A DNA stretch of 64,000 nt from Planctomycetota bacterium (GTDB lineage Bacteria; Planctomycetota; PLA2; JAEUHO01), in NCBI GenBank assembly GCA_965222115.1, contig CBDCTJ010000003.1, positions 480,001 to 544,000 on the forward strand, in the 5' to 3' direction. The notes beneath the pieces are model-generated. The model searched no databases and was not told the origin of the DNA. It was given only the letters and a program-made list of their open reading frames with translations. Each line of letters opens with the position of its first letter. Positions within the stretch are counted from its first letter, which is position 1. Positions 8,076 to 17,813 of this stretch are shown piece by piece. A program made the translations under genes and the position numbers.

Positions 8076-8589
8076 AGATTCGGTGTGCGGGCGAAGTCCA
8101 CACGTTCTGTATTGCTCGGCGAAGTCAGAGGCATCTTGCCCACACGAAATGAGTGGAGGATCGGGGAAGAGTCGGAACTTCTGTGTAAGGCATGTCGTCC
8201 GATCCAAAGCCGAGAGAATGCACCGTGGCTCAACGTAAAGAAGAGCGAGCCCGTAGGCGTTACTGGTTCGAGCCCAGTAACGCACACCAACGAGTTCTCC
8301 TCCTTCTTAGCAATAGCCCAACTCACGCCATACTGGAGCCCCCCAAAATGGCAAGTTCCATGCTGCGACAAAACACGTGACCGCTTCTCAGCCACTTTGG
8401 CTGCCGAGCCGCCAACAGCTTGCGTCGACGGACTAATCTTTGGTCATTCAAATGGTGGGCTAATTTGTGGTGCGTATCAAGTCGTGTCGAATTGCCTCGG
8501 ACTGTCAAGGAAACGCTGCACTAGGCGTCCGCCCTGGTGACTGTGCGCTGTCCTACTAAAGGTGTGGATTCTGCCCGTGAACCGTATCT
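8076..8589. repeat. Repeat element E3 (diverged copy, different interior)
   Basis: Ends AGATTCGGTGTGCGGGCGAAGTCCACAC and GTGTGGATTCTGCCCGTGAACCGTATCT; last ~90 bp align with E1/E2 (CTGCAC..TGACTG..CGCTG.CCTAC..AGGTGTGGAT). Confidence 0.8.
8257..8289 (+). other. tRNA 3'-end-like fragment (T-arm plus ACCA) inside E3
   Basis: ACTGG-TTCGAGC-CCAGT T-arm, 7 nt, then ACCA; no complete cloverleaf. Confidence 0.5.
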
Positions 8590-8634
8590 TCAGAGCAATG
8601 AACACCGTTTTCGCATCCCGAAGCAAACTGTAGA

Positions 8635-9561
8635 TCACCTTCCCTGAAAGCCATGGCGCCTCATGATTTTGAGTTGCTCCAGCTGCAGTTTGTGGATCCC
8701 TTTCAGCTTAGTCTCCAGACTCGATGGATCCTGAATGAGTTTGTGCTCGAGCATATAATTCTTCCACCTCTCCGACTGGCCCGGTGACATTGTCCCAAGG
8801 TGTTCGATTAGCTTAAGAGAGTCCGTGGAGCTTAGCGTTGATCCATTTTGCTTGGCGAGTGCAACCATATTGCATCTCTGAAGATGTTTCAGAAGAGGAG
8901 TAGGTGCAATCGTTTTTTCAGTTTGGTAATTGAGCACCAACTCACGCAATTCGGAATCGTCCAACGCATTGCCAATTCGCTCTTGAACATATCGTGCGCA
9001 ATTGTTGAACAGTGCATGATAATTCCATTCAACATAGTTTTCTTCTGAGACTTCAACTCTCTTCATTGCTAGCAAGACGGAGCGCAGCATCTTGTGAACT
9101 GACCGATTTGACATTAGATCAGAAATAGACTCTTGAGTGATGTGCGTGTTCTCTCCCTTCTTCGACATCAACTGCTTCTTCCCAAACACTCTTAGGATCG
9201 AGATCGCCTCGTGATTGGCATTCTTGGGTCGTCTTCCCACGTCAATAACAAAGCTCTTCTGTTTAGCGTCAGACCCGAGGCTGACAGTGATGGCCGCATG
9301 TTCCCCATGCCCGAAGAGCCCCCTAGGATTCCACACCACATAGGCTACATTTGAGACTTCCTGTCCGGCGTCAACGCATGCGCGTAGTTCCTTTAGCGCC
9401 TTGGAAATGTTCTCCTTCGTAGTGTTGCCGTCGGGTCCCACAAATTTCTTGACCCAACGGCCGAAGTTCGAGTCACGCACTCCTGGGACAACGTGAGAGA
9501 CAAGGACTGTGAGTGCGATCAATATGACGAGCACTGCCATCCCGCGTGCAACAAGCTTCAT
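8635..9561 (-). CDS. Membrane-anchored permuted papain-like (PPPDE/LRAT-type) protein
   Basis: N-terminal TM; His before Cys: GEHAAITV ... YHALFNNCARY; AGGGGG RBS; visibly AT-richer than neighbours. Confidence 0.55.
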   Translation of the reverse strand: MKLVARGMAVLVILIALTVLVSHVVPGVRDSNFGRWVKKFVGPDGNTTKENISKALKELRACVDAGQEVSNVAYVVWNPRGLFGHGEHAAITVSLGSDAKQKSFVIDVGRRPKNANHEAISILRVFGKKQLMSKKGENTHITQESISDLMSNRSVHKMLRSVLLAMKRVEVSEENYVEWNYHALFNNCARYVQERIGNALDDSELRELVLNYQTEKTIAPTPLLKHLQRCNMVALAKQNGSTLSSTDSLKLIEHLGTMSPGQSERWKNYMLEHKLIQDPSSLETKLKGIHKLQLEQLKIMRRHGFQGR

Positions 9562-9931
9562 GTGATCCCCCTCTCGTAATAGATCTTACCGCTCAATACA
9601 GACCAACCGTATCTCTTGAGCAACTCTGCAGGGATTAGAACAGAACGACCAAAACATGCAATGGCGGCCCTCGACGATTTTCTGGCCAGTTGACTATTAT
9701 GGATTCTGAGGCATAGATCATGCGTCGAGTTCAGCGCGATCGCACCTATAGATCAATGTCTGGTGTCATATTGAGTGAAACGCAAGTGCCTAAAGGATAG
9801 GACATTGGAACTAGGTCCACGCCTTACGGGAATTCCAACTTATATGCTGATGCACACTTCGCACGGGACTTGGAAGACCGTGGAATCTATGGACCGACCT
9901 GACGTGCAAAGCGCGAATCTACCCACCCACC

Positions 9932-12160
9932 CTACTCCACCCCCAACTCCCCTATCGCCAACAAGGCAAGCGCAGTCGAACTCGCCTTCCCAACCATGAG
10001 CGAATCGGCGAAGCTACCGTCAACCTCCTGGAGCGGACGGATGATGTCGCGAAGACGCTTGACGTACTTTTTCTGCGCGGCTTCCGGTAGCACGGCAATC
10101 GTTCGTGCGGCGTACCAGACGCCGAAGAAGTAACGGTAGGAATCCTGCATTGACGTTGGATCCACGTAGCTCTCGAAGACCTTTACTGTGCTCCGAGCGC
10201 CCTTGAGGCCATCGAAAAACACGTCTAACGACTCGTGTAGTCGCTTCTCACCCTTGGAATGGCCGGCGGCGTGGAGTGCCAACTCGCAGAGCGGGCTGCG
10301 GAAACATGAGGAGGCGCGCGCAATGTCTTTGTCGCGGGCGGGCGTCATGTGTTCCATCTTCGTGCCGTAGTGGAAGACGCTCTTGCCATCGAGGCGATTC
10401 TGCTCGAGAAACGTTGCGCAGCGGGCGATCTGCGAGTCTTCGACGGCGAAACCCTGTGCTTTCGCATTGACCAATAGAAGGAGGATCGGTGCGGTGTTGA
10501 AGGTGTGGAGGCGCGCGGGTCCTGTGTAGGTCCAGCCTCCGCCGTGCTCCGTGTCCTTGAGCTTGGCAAGGAGCTTCTCGATGCGGGCCGCACCCTTTGT
10601 CTTTGCGGCGTCACGTCGATTCGGCTGTAAGGCCAGCTCAAGATGAAGGGCATAGGTCAGATGCCAGACCTTCGGCGTCGGATCACTCGACCACGCGGAA
10701 ACGATCCTTGTACCTTTCGCAATGGCCTTGTCCGCGCGCTTCGCAAGCTCACCCTTGAGAGCGCCGCGCCACGTACGAAGCGCGTCCACACAGAGTGCGG
10801 TGCGGGGAACGATGACGCCGTAGTCAATTGCACGTTCGCGACTCGGGTGGCGATGGCAGGGCTCTGGCCAGGAACCGTCGGCATCCTGCTGATCCAATAG
10901 GAAGCTGACTGCCGCACGCACGGCGTTGCGCTCACCAGGGGCTTGTTCCGTACTGTCGAGTAGCGGGTCGGTTGCATCCTGTGCGCGGGTCTCCCACACT
11001 CGCGGAAAAGGACCATTCTTATCGAGTAGAAGACGTGAGCGCGCTTCGAGGGGCCGAGGCTCACCGCGGCGCGCAATCGCTTGCAGGTGCGTGTGCGCCT
11101 TGTCGGTGTCACCCCTTTCAAGCGCGGCGAGCGCTTTGTCGTAGTCTGCGCGATCCTTCGGGTCGGCCGGATCGACGCCGACTTGGGGCATTTCCTTTGG
11201 GCGGTAGCGCTTGTTCTTATCGAGTATCGCACGACAGGTACGCTCGAAGAGTCGCGGATCAAACACTGCCATACGAACGACGCGATGGACACATTTACCG
11301 CTCGGCGTGGCGAAGATGATTGCCGGCGCATGGGAATCGGCCGCAGACGTGCCGAGTTGCGGAAGAGGATCGGACCACGTGCCCTTCCCCGAAGAAAGAA
11401 AGTGCCATGTGTGCATATGCACGCGCACGGGAATGAAACATGTGGCAACTAGATTGGACACGGCGGGATCGCCGAGGAATGCCGTGAGGATGGCGCGCTC
11501 CTTCCAGTAACCGGGATCGCGAGTGATCGGAGACGGCGGCGGCGCTGCCTGATTGGGATGACGAAACTCTGCGACCTTGCGGGCGCCTTCGTATCCCGCT
11601 TCCCAAACTTTGTTGTCCCACGGCGTCACGAATGCGAGGACAAGCTTGTTTTCGTCTTTGGCTCTTGCGCGCGCCGCTTCGATGGTGTCGGCCCAGGGGA
11701 TCCACGGAAACACGAGCTTACCGGATGCTGCGCCGGATAGCGCCTCGATGGCTTTTGTGATCTGAGTCTTCACGTTCGGTCGCTTGCACGCTACTTCGAG
11801 TGCCTTCAACTTGGGAAGCACGGAGCGGTCACCGATTCGCCCCAACGCCTCCGCAGCACAACCCGCTACGAGCGCGTTGGGATCCTCGACGCCAACGAGC
11901 AGATCCGCGACAGCGGCGCGTGCTTTCACTGAACCAAGGACTTTGGCGGCGTGCCAACGACGCGTCGGGTCCTTGTCGTCGCGGAACACCTTGTGAACCG
12001 CCGGGATCACCGGCTCGCCGAGCCGGGTCAACGCCTGCATAGCTTCAAATGGGTGCTTCTGATCACTCGTTCCGAGCTTCTTCACCCATGTGGCGACGTC
12101 ATCGTTTCCGGCAAATGCCATTCCTGTGAACAACAGCACCAACAAGATTGCACGCTTCAT
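9932..12160 (-). CDS. Secreted HEAT-repeat + thioredoxin-like + prenyltransferase/squalene-cyclase-repeat protein
   Basis: Signal peptide; AAEALGRIGD; IPWADTIEAARARAKDENKLVL; AVSFLLDQQDADGSW, LQEVDGSF. Confidence 0.75.
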   Translation of the reverse strand: MKRAILLVLLFTGMAFAGNDDVATWVKKLGTSDQKHPFEAMQALTRLGEPVIPAVHKVFRDDKDPTRRWHAAKVLGSVKARAAVADLLVGVEDPNALVAGCAAEALGRIGDRSVLPKLKALEVACKRPNVKTQITKAIEALSGAASGKLVFPWIPWADTIEAARARAKDENKLVLAFVTPWDNKVWEAGYEGARKVAEFRHPNQAAPPPSPITRDPGYWKERAILTAFLGDPAVSNLVATCFIPVRVHMHTWHFLSSGKGTWSDPLPQLGTSAADSHAPAIIFATPSGKCVHRVVRMAVFDPRLFERTCRAILDKNKRYRPKEMPQVGVDPADPKDRADYDKALAALERGDTDKAHTHLQAIARRGEPRPLEARSRLLLDKNGPFPRVWETRAQDATDPLLDSTEQAPGERNAVRAAVSFLLDQQDADGSWPEPCHRHPSRERAIDYGVIVPRTALCVDALRTWRGALKGELAKRADKAIAKGTRIVSAWSSDPTPKVWHLTYALHLELALQPNRRDAAKTKGAARIEKLLAKLKDTEHGGGWTYTGPARLHTFNTAPILLLLVNAKAQGFAVEDSQIARCATFLEQNRLDGKSVFHYGTKMEHMTPARDKDIARASSCFRSPLCELALHAAGHSKGEKRLHESLDVFFDGLKGARSTVKVFESYVDPTSMQDSYRYFFGVWYAARTIAVLPEAAQKKYVKRLRDIIRPLQEVDGSFADSLMVGKASSTALALLAIGELGVE

Positions 12161-12430
12161 TGCGTCCTCCTGCGATGATCCACAGTAAGGGGAAGGGCAG
12201 GGTGGGCGGTGGGGCTTCCAACAGCCTGCGCTGACGATTTTGTCCTTTGTTGTTCAAGTGGTACGTGAATACACGGATGCGTGTGTCAAAAGTAGACGGA
12301 CTTGGACCATTGTAGAAGCCCCTCGTGGGCACTTCGGGCACCTGGAGAGTACCGCGTGATAAAGTCAGAGGCGGCATTCGATAGAAGTACGAATCGGGCC
12401 GCGCGATTTGTGTAACACCTTCTTGGTGAG

Positions 12431-13960
12431 ATGGGGGATTTCCCATTCATGTCCAACGGTAAATCCAATGGTTGTGCCTTCGCTGTGCTACTCGTAGCGG
12501 CAGGTCTCCTGTACGGGCTTATTGACGTGCAACAACGGGTTGAGGCAAAAGAGGACATTAGAAGAGAAAAGCTGATCTTACTCGGTCAACCGAAACAAAG
12601 AACCATCCGCATCGCCTATATCCCACGAGATACTCCTCCGAAGATCAGGAAGGAACTCGGAGCGCTCAATATTGCTATCGAACAAGCCAAGAGGGCTACG
12701 ACAGAGGCGGACAAGATTGTCAATCTTCCGACCTACTTCGACCTCGAGGTCGATGTCTATCAGGTCAAGAGAACGGTGTTTGGGAAAAAGGTATCTTTCG
12801 CGGACGTCAACGGCGACGGTGATGTCCTTGACAGCAACACAGACGCGTTTCTGATCCACGACGTCGCGGGCAAGACCCCGATGTGGATCCCTTTCGAACC
12901 GAGTTGGGGATTCTCAATCGGGGTAACGTGGCTCTCCGAGTTTCAAAGAGGTCCAGAGCCCACTCAGCTCCGTTTTCAAGCCACAAGGCAAGAGGTCATC
13001 ATCTCCCTCAAAGAACTCCTCAAGCGTAACGACGAGGGGCTGGGTCTCCCGGCGGGAACGCTGCAGCGCTACTCGCTCACGCGATCGAAGGCCCCCGAAG
13101 ACGGACTCATCTCGAATGCGGCTATCAAGGGGCAGAAGAGCGGGTGGAAGGCAAATCGAAAGGGAGCAATCGAAGCCTACGTAGCACTAAACCAGCGGCG
13201 GCGGCAATTTGGTGGCCTCCCTTGTTCGCGTGCAATGCTCCACCTTTCGGCCCGCTGCTCGCTTCACTCTTGGTACCTAAAGAAATATGGGGATGAATAC
13301 GCTCATTATCAGGACAAGAGCCACACGGACCGCTACACCGTGGCTGGTGCGGCCGCAGCCGAGCTCTCAACTCTTGGCACCAGCGCGGGTGTTCTTGGGC
13401 TTGACGAAATGATGGGGACTTTCTTCCATCGAGTCTTGATGACAGAGAACGCGCTCCTTTACGTCGGCTCATCAACGGTTGGAAGCTATTGGGTGATGGA
13501 CGTTGGCGAGGGATGGAACAAAGCGGAAGCTAAAGAGCGGCGCCCGTGTCCAATCATCACCTTTCCTGCTGCCGGCGCAAGTGATGTCCCGAAAAGAGGT
13601 GTCGAAGACGAAGACCCCCAGTTCCAAGATGAGGACATTTCCGCTCCTGGGATGCCATTCACGGTTCGGCTCAATTACTGTTCTCCGTGGTTTGAACTCG
13701 CAGACGTCAAAAAGACAGGCGCGCAATTCTACCGAGGAGGCACACCTGGCCGCAAAGGGATGGCCCTGCCAACACGACACAGCTCTCCTGTCAACCCAAG
13801 ACATTCCGATAGCGGGAACAGCGGTGTCTCGAAGAACATGGTGGCAATCTGCGCCTACACGGAAAAGCCCTTAAAGTCAGGAACCAAGTACTGTCTCGAA
13901 GTGCTGATGTACGCTAACGGGGTGATATTTAGAGCCATCGTTCCCTTCCGAACAAAGTGA
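12431..13960 (+). CDS. Membrane-anchored CAP/SCP-like domain protein
   Basis: N-terminal TM; LNQRRRQFGGLP..CSLHSWYL..AHYQD..MGTFFHRVLM. Confidence 0.6.
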   Translation: MGDFPFMSNGKSNGCAFAVLLVAAGLLYGLIDVQQRVEAKEDIRREKLILLGQPKQRTIRIAYIPRDTPPKIRKELGALNIAIEQAKRATTEADKIVNLPTYFDLEVDVYQVKRTVFGKKVSFADVNGDGDVLDSNTDAFLIHDVAGKTPMWIPFEPSWGFSIGVTWLSEFQRGPEPTQLRFQATRQEVIISLKELLKRNDEGLGLPAGTLQRYSLTRSKAPEDGLISNAAIKGQKSGWKANRKGAIEAYVALNQRRRQFGGLPCSRAMLHLSARCSLHSWYLKKYGDEYAHYQDKSHTDRYTVAGAAAAELSTLGTSAGVLGLDEMMGTFFHRVLMTENALLYVGSSTVGSYWVMDVGEGWNKAEAKERRPCPIITFPAAGASDVPKRGVEDEDPQFQDEDISAPGMPFTVRLNYCSPWFELADVKKTGAQFYRGGTPGRKGMALPTRHSSPVNPRHSDSGNSGVSKNMVAICAYTEKPLKSGTKYCLEVLMYANGVIFRAIVPFRTK

Positions 13961-14399
13961 ACAAAGCCGGGGATACCCAGTCGGGACCAAATCCACACTA
14001 TTCGGGGATTGTGTTTGATCATGCTCGCGCGAGAATGCTCCGGTTCTTAGTATCGTACGGATTCGTCGCAAAAATCATTTCTCCAACGACGGGCGCTCCT
14101 CCATCGCGATCGAAGACACGGCCACAAATGGTGATCAACTCGTCGTGTTTCAGCCCAACTTTCAGGATACCGGAGATACGGCATGTTAAATGAAACGGCC
14201 GGACGTCTAACTTACGAAGCCACATCGGCGAGCGTAACTTATTCAGCGCGTGCATGGCCAGCAATCCACCTGAATTCGCGTATAGTACATACTCAGTCAA
14301 TCGCGTCGTTACTCTTGCGGCCATGCTGAGGAGCCAGGCATTTCATTCGTACCGTTTAATTCCGGCACGTACACGCATCGCTTTCCCGTTGCGGACGCA

Positions 14400-14735
14400 A
14401 TGCGTAGAGCGCGCTTGACGGAGGGGCAAGCGAACGCGTTGGAACGAGCGTTCAAACGTAAGGAACACATCGAGTGGGTCTTCAAATTTCGAAGCGATCA
14501 GACGTGTACTAGCTATTGGAAGCTGCCATCGGGAAGTCAAATGCCGGCGCTAACCGGATCTTGGCGCCAAACCGAAGAGACGACCGTGGAAGCATCGTTT
14601 GCCTGGGCATTTCTCATGCCGCCCGAGCTCGAATCTGGAGTGGACACGGATCCGTGGCGGATTGATTTAATTGATGAAGACGCCATTGACATTCACCACC
14701 CCACCCACGGTGTAATTCGCGCAATACGTTTGTAG
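14400..14735 (+). CDS. Hypothetical protein
   Basis: 111-aa ORF, plausible composition, co-oriented with downstream genes. Confidence 0.5.
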   Translation: MRRARLTEGQANALERAFKRKEHIEWVFKFRSDQTCTSYWKLPSGSQMPALTGSWRQTEETTVEASFAWAFLMPPELESGVDTDPWRIDLIDEDAIDIHHPTHGVIRAIRL

Positions 14736-14744
14736 ACTGTCCGC

Positions 14745-15092
14745 GTGAACAAGCACGGCGACGACTTGAAATGGGCAAAGCCCGGCGTGACGTTGCATGA
14801 GGGAAAGCAATCACTCGGCAAGCGCATAGGACTTGGCAAGTTTCTAGGTAACGCACGATTGGCATGGATTCTCTCGAGCGTGCTTTTGTTTGTTGCATAC
14901 TTGAATCTTCGTGCACAAGGAGCATGGGCGAGGGCGACGGCCAGTGTGGGTTCAAAGAGCCGAGTTCCGCAAATTGATGCAGCATGGAGTTGGATGAAGC
15001 TTGCGATTGCGGTATTCGTGATTGCGGGCGTAGTGTTCTTCATTGCGATGATTCGGCAATCGAGCAGAGACTACGATCGCACCAGGAGTTAG
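14745..15092 (+). CDS. Small two-TM membrane protein
   Basis: Hydrophobic segments LAWILSSVLLFVAYL and LAIAVFVIAGVVFFIAMI. Confidence 0.6.
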   Translation: MNKHGDDLKWAKPGVTLHEGKQSLGKRIGLGKFLGNARLAWILSSVLLFVAYLNLRAQGAWARATASVGSKSRVPQIDAAWSWMKLAIAVFVIAGVVFFIAMIRQSSRDYDRTRS

Positions 15093-15095
15093 TTC

Positions 15096-16070
15096 ATGAC
15101 CTCGCGGATCCCCGCCACAATCCTGCTCTGCGTTCTAACCCTCGGATGTGGTAATCGAGAACAAGCCAGCATCGTGTATGCAGGTTCCTCGTGGTACGGC
15201 CATGCACCCGTATGGGTAGGTCTGAAGCAGGGCATTTTCAAGAAGCACGGATTTCGGGTGGAGGAACGCGCCTTTGGAAGCAGCTCGGATCGGATCAATG
15301 CACTTGAGGCTGACAATGCACAATTTGCGAGCCTTGGCGAGGTGGCAATGCTCACGGCCATGTCTCGCAACCGAAGAGATTTCTATTGGATTGGTTGCCA
15401 GAACATCGCCCCCGGTAATGAGGGATTGGTCGCAAGCAAAGATGTCGCGTCCATTGCGGACCTCAAGGGAAAGCGTATTGCGCTCCAGCGCATTACGTCG
15501 GTGCATCTTACGGTTGCCATGTTGCTTGAAGGCGCGGGATTGGACATCACGAAAGACGTAACGGTGCTCAACGCAACCGATTCCACGGTCGTTGACATGG
15601 TTCGACGCGGTGATGCGGATGCGGGTGCGATGTGGGAGCCCTACTACACCGATTTGCGCGGAATCGACGGCATGCATGTGCTGGGCACCGACAAAGACAC
15701 GACGATCTACGAACGCTTCAAGACGATGAGTGGACCCGATGTCATCTGTGCATCTAAGGCGTGGGTTGATGCGGATCCGGAACGCGCCAAGCGATTCTTC
15801 AAGGCCTACTGGGAGGCGGTTGCGTGGTGCAAGGCTCATCCCGACGATCTCACCAAACTGATTGTTGAGCGCGTGCAGAAGGACGAGGCCTCGGTCAGAC
15901 GAGCCATGAAGAGCTTCGTATGGCTGACCTGGGACGATCAGCGGGAGATGCTGTCCGGCAATCGAATGTTTGGCCAAGCGCAAGTTGCAAGTGAACTTCT
16001 CAAGCGCATGGGATTGCTCGAAACAATTCCGCCATTTCGAGACTGGACGCGTACGGATTGGTTTCAGTAG
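15096..16070 (+). CDS. NitT/TauT ABC substrate-binding lipoprotein (SsuA/TauA-like)
   Basis: Lipobox LTLGC; SIADLKGKRIA; WEPY; first gene of ABC operon. Confidence 0.9.
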   Translation: MTSRIPATILLCVLTLGCGNREQASIVYAGSSWYGHAPVWVGLKQGIFKKHGFRVEERAFGSSSDRINALEADNAQFASLGEVAMLTAMSRNRRDFYWIGCQNIAPGNEGLVASKDVASIADLKGKRIALQRITSVHLTVAMLLEGAGLDITKDVTVLNATDSTVVDMVRRGDADAGAMWEPYYTDLRGIDGMHVLGTDKDTTIYERFKTMSGPDVICASKAWVDADPERAKRFFKAYWEAVAWCKAHPDDLTKLIVERVQKDEASVRRAMKSFVWLTWDDQREMLSGNRMFGQAQVASELLKRMGLLETIPPFRDWTRTDWFQ

Positions 16071-16144
16071 TCAAGCGCATGTAGGAACTGCCAAGTCTCC
16101 GGAAGCGGTAGCCGAGTAGCGCTTCAGTGCCGTAGAGTCGTGGC

Positions 16145-17017
16145 GTGAGCCGGTTTCCCCCCACCTTGCCGCGATCCAAGCGACTCCTCTATGGCGGCAT
16201 TGGAATCGTCCTGTTCTTCGGACTTTGGTGCTTGCTCACCACACCGTTCCTGACTGAGACACGCGTCGAACGCAAGGCGGTGGTAGGTACGAATGGCGAC
16301 GTCTTGCGCTACGAAGAAGTTGAACACGAGCGCGCTCGCGCTCTCGTGAATCCACCGGGGCTTGAGACCCCATGGCACACGTTTTCGCGCGCCCTTGAAA
16401 TCGGCCTCCCGCAGCACATTCTCCGATCCACGTTGCGGATTCTATTGGGGTTCCTTCTCTCCGTTGCATTGGCCGTACCGCTGGGCATTGCTATGGGCCT
16501 TTTTCCGCGCCTGCATGCCATCCTCAACCCACTCGTAAGCCTAATGCGCCCCCTACCGTCGATCGCCTGGGTACCGCTATTCGTGATCTGGTTCGGCGTA
16601 GATGAAGTTCAAAAGTTGGCCGTTGTGTTTGTCGGCAGCTTCGCTGCAGCACTCATCTACACAGTGGAAGCCACACGAAAGGTGGATCCCGATCTCGTTC
16701 GCGCCGCCACCAATCTCGGTGCGAGCAAGCGCCAACTGCTCACACGCGTGCTACTGCCAGCCGCTTTGCCAAACATTCTCAGCGGATTGAAAGTCGTGCT
16801 CGCCATCTGCTGGACCTGTGTCATCTCGGCGGAGATTGTGGGCACGCAACAGGGCTTGGGAAGTTTGATTTGGAGTCGCAAGGAGATCTCCGACACCGCC
16901 GCCGTGCTGGTAGGCATGGTGTCCATCAGCGTGGTTGTGCTCGCCATGGATGCGATCTTTGGATGGATTGAACGCCGACTTGTGCCGTGGACCTTTCTCT
17001 CGGATAACGCCGGATGA
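16145..17017 (+). CDS. NitT/TauT ABC permease
   Basis: RPLPSIAWVPL; EAA-like loop VRAATNLGAS; AEIVG..GLG. Confidence 0.92.
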   Translation: MSRFPPTLPRSKRLLYGGIGIVLFFGLWCLLTTPFLTETRVERKAVVGTNGDVLRYEEVEHERARALVNPPGLETPWHTFSRALEIGLPQHILRSTLRILLGFLLSVALAVPLGIAMGLFPRLHAILNPLVSLMRPLPSIAWVPLFVIWFGVDEVQKLAVVFVGSFAAALIYTVEATRKVDPDLVRAATNLGASKRQLLTRVLLPAALPNILSGLKVVLAICWTCVISAEIVGTQQGLGSLIWSRKEISDTAAVLVGMVSISVVVLAMDAIFGWIERRLVPWTFLSDNAG

Positions 17018-17784
17018 GTCAGATTGCCCTTGCAGCCACCAATGTGACCCACGTGTATGGCGACACCGTTGCACTCAACGAATTGAATCTGGAAGTTCAT
17101 GATGGCGAGTTCGTTGCGCTGCTCGGCGCCTCGGGTTGCGGCAAGTCCACACTACTCAATCTTTTTGCTGGATTCGAACGGCCAACAAAAGGATCGATCT
17201 CGCTCATGGGCGCCGACGTCACCGGCGTGGAACCGAGGTGTGGCATGGTCTTTCAGCAGTACGCGCTCTTTCCATGGCTGAGCGTCAAGAAAAACGTGGC
17301 ATTTGGCCCGCAGCTGCGCGGCAAGACAGATGAAGATCGAGTTTCCACGCTTCTTAAGACCGTTGGCATCGAAGACTTCGCCGATCATTATCCTGCACAA
17401 CTTTCGGGAGGCATGCGGCAGCGCGTTGCATTGGCCCGTGTGCTTGCAAACGACCCCGCCGTCCTGCTTTGCGACGAATCCTTTGCGGCTCTCGATGCAA
17501 TGACGCGCGAACTCCTTCAAGAGGAACTTGTGCGCTTGGTGGCGGCTTCGAAGAAGACCGTTGTGTTTGTCACCCACAGCATTGACGAAGCGCTTCTTTT
17601 GGCGGATCGCATTGTCGTTATGACCGCCCGACCCGGCCGCATCAAAGCAACGATAGACAACACCTTGCCGCGACCACGCGGACATAAGCAGCAACTGACG
17701 CCTGCCTATGCGGAGTTAAGGGAACGCATTTGGGGGTTGGTGAAAGAAGAAGTGTTGTCAAGTATGTCCGTCGACGCTCGTTGA
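17014..17784 (+). CDS. NitT/TauT ABC ATP-binding protein
   Basis: GASGCGKST, LSGGMRQR, LLCDE, FVTHS; ATGA overlap with permease. Confidence 0.95.
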   Translation: MSQIALAATNVTHVYGDTVALNELNLEVHDGEFVALLGASGCGKSTLLNLFAGFERPTKGSISLMGADVTGVEPRCGMVFQQYALFPWLSVKKNVAFGPQLRGKTDEDRVSTLLKTVGIEDFADHYPAQLSGGMRQRVALARVLANDPAVLLCDESFAALDAMTRELLQEELVRLVAASKKTVVFVTHSIDEALLLADRIVVMTARPGRIKATIDNTLPRPRGHKQQLTPAYAELRERIWGLVKEEVLSSMSVDAR

Positions 17785-17813
17785 TACGCCGCTAGGTCCG
17801 CGGCCCAGTCGTG

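Noticed and set aside
8220-8289. Functional tRNA gene
   Set aside because: No anticodon arm and the 5' strand cannot pair with the acceptor stem; kept only as a fragment.
2358-8589. Repeats as a CRISPR array or integron attC sites
   Set aside because: Repeats occur as inverted pairs hundreds to thousands of bp apart, with no regular spacers, no RYYYAAC/GTTRRRY cores, and no cas or intI gene in the window.
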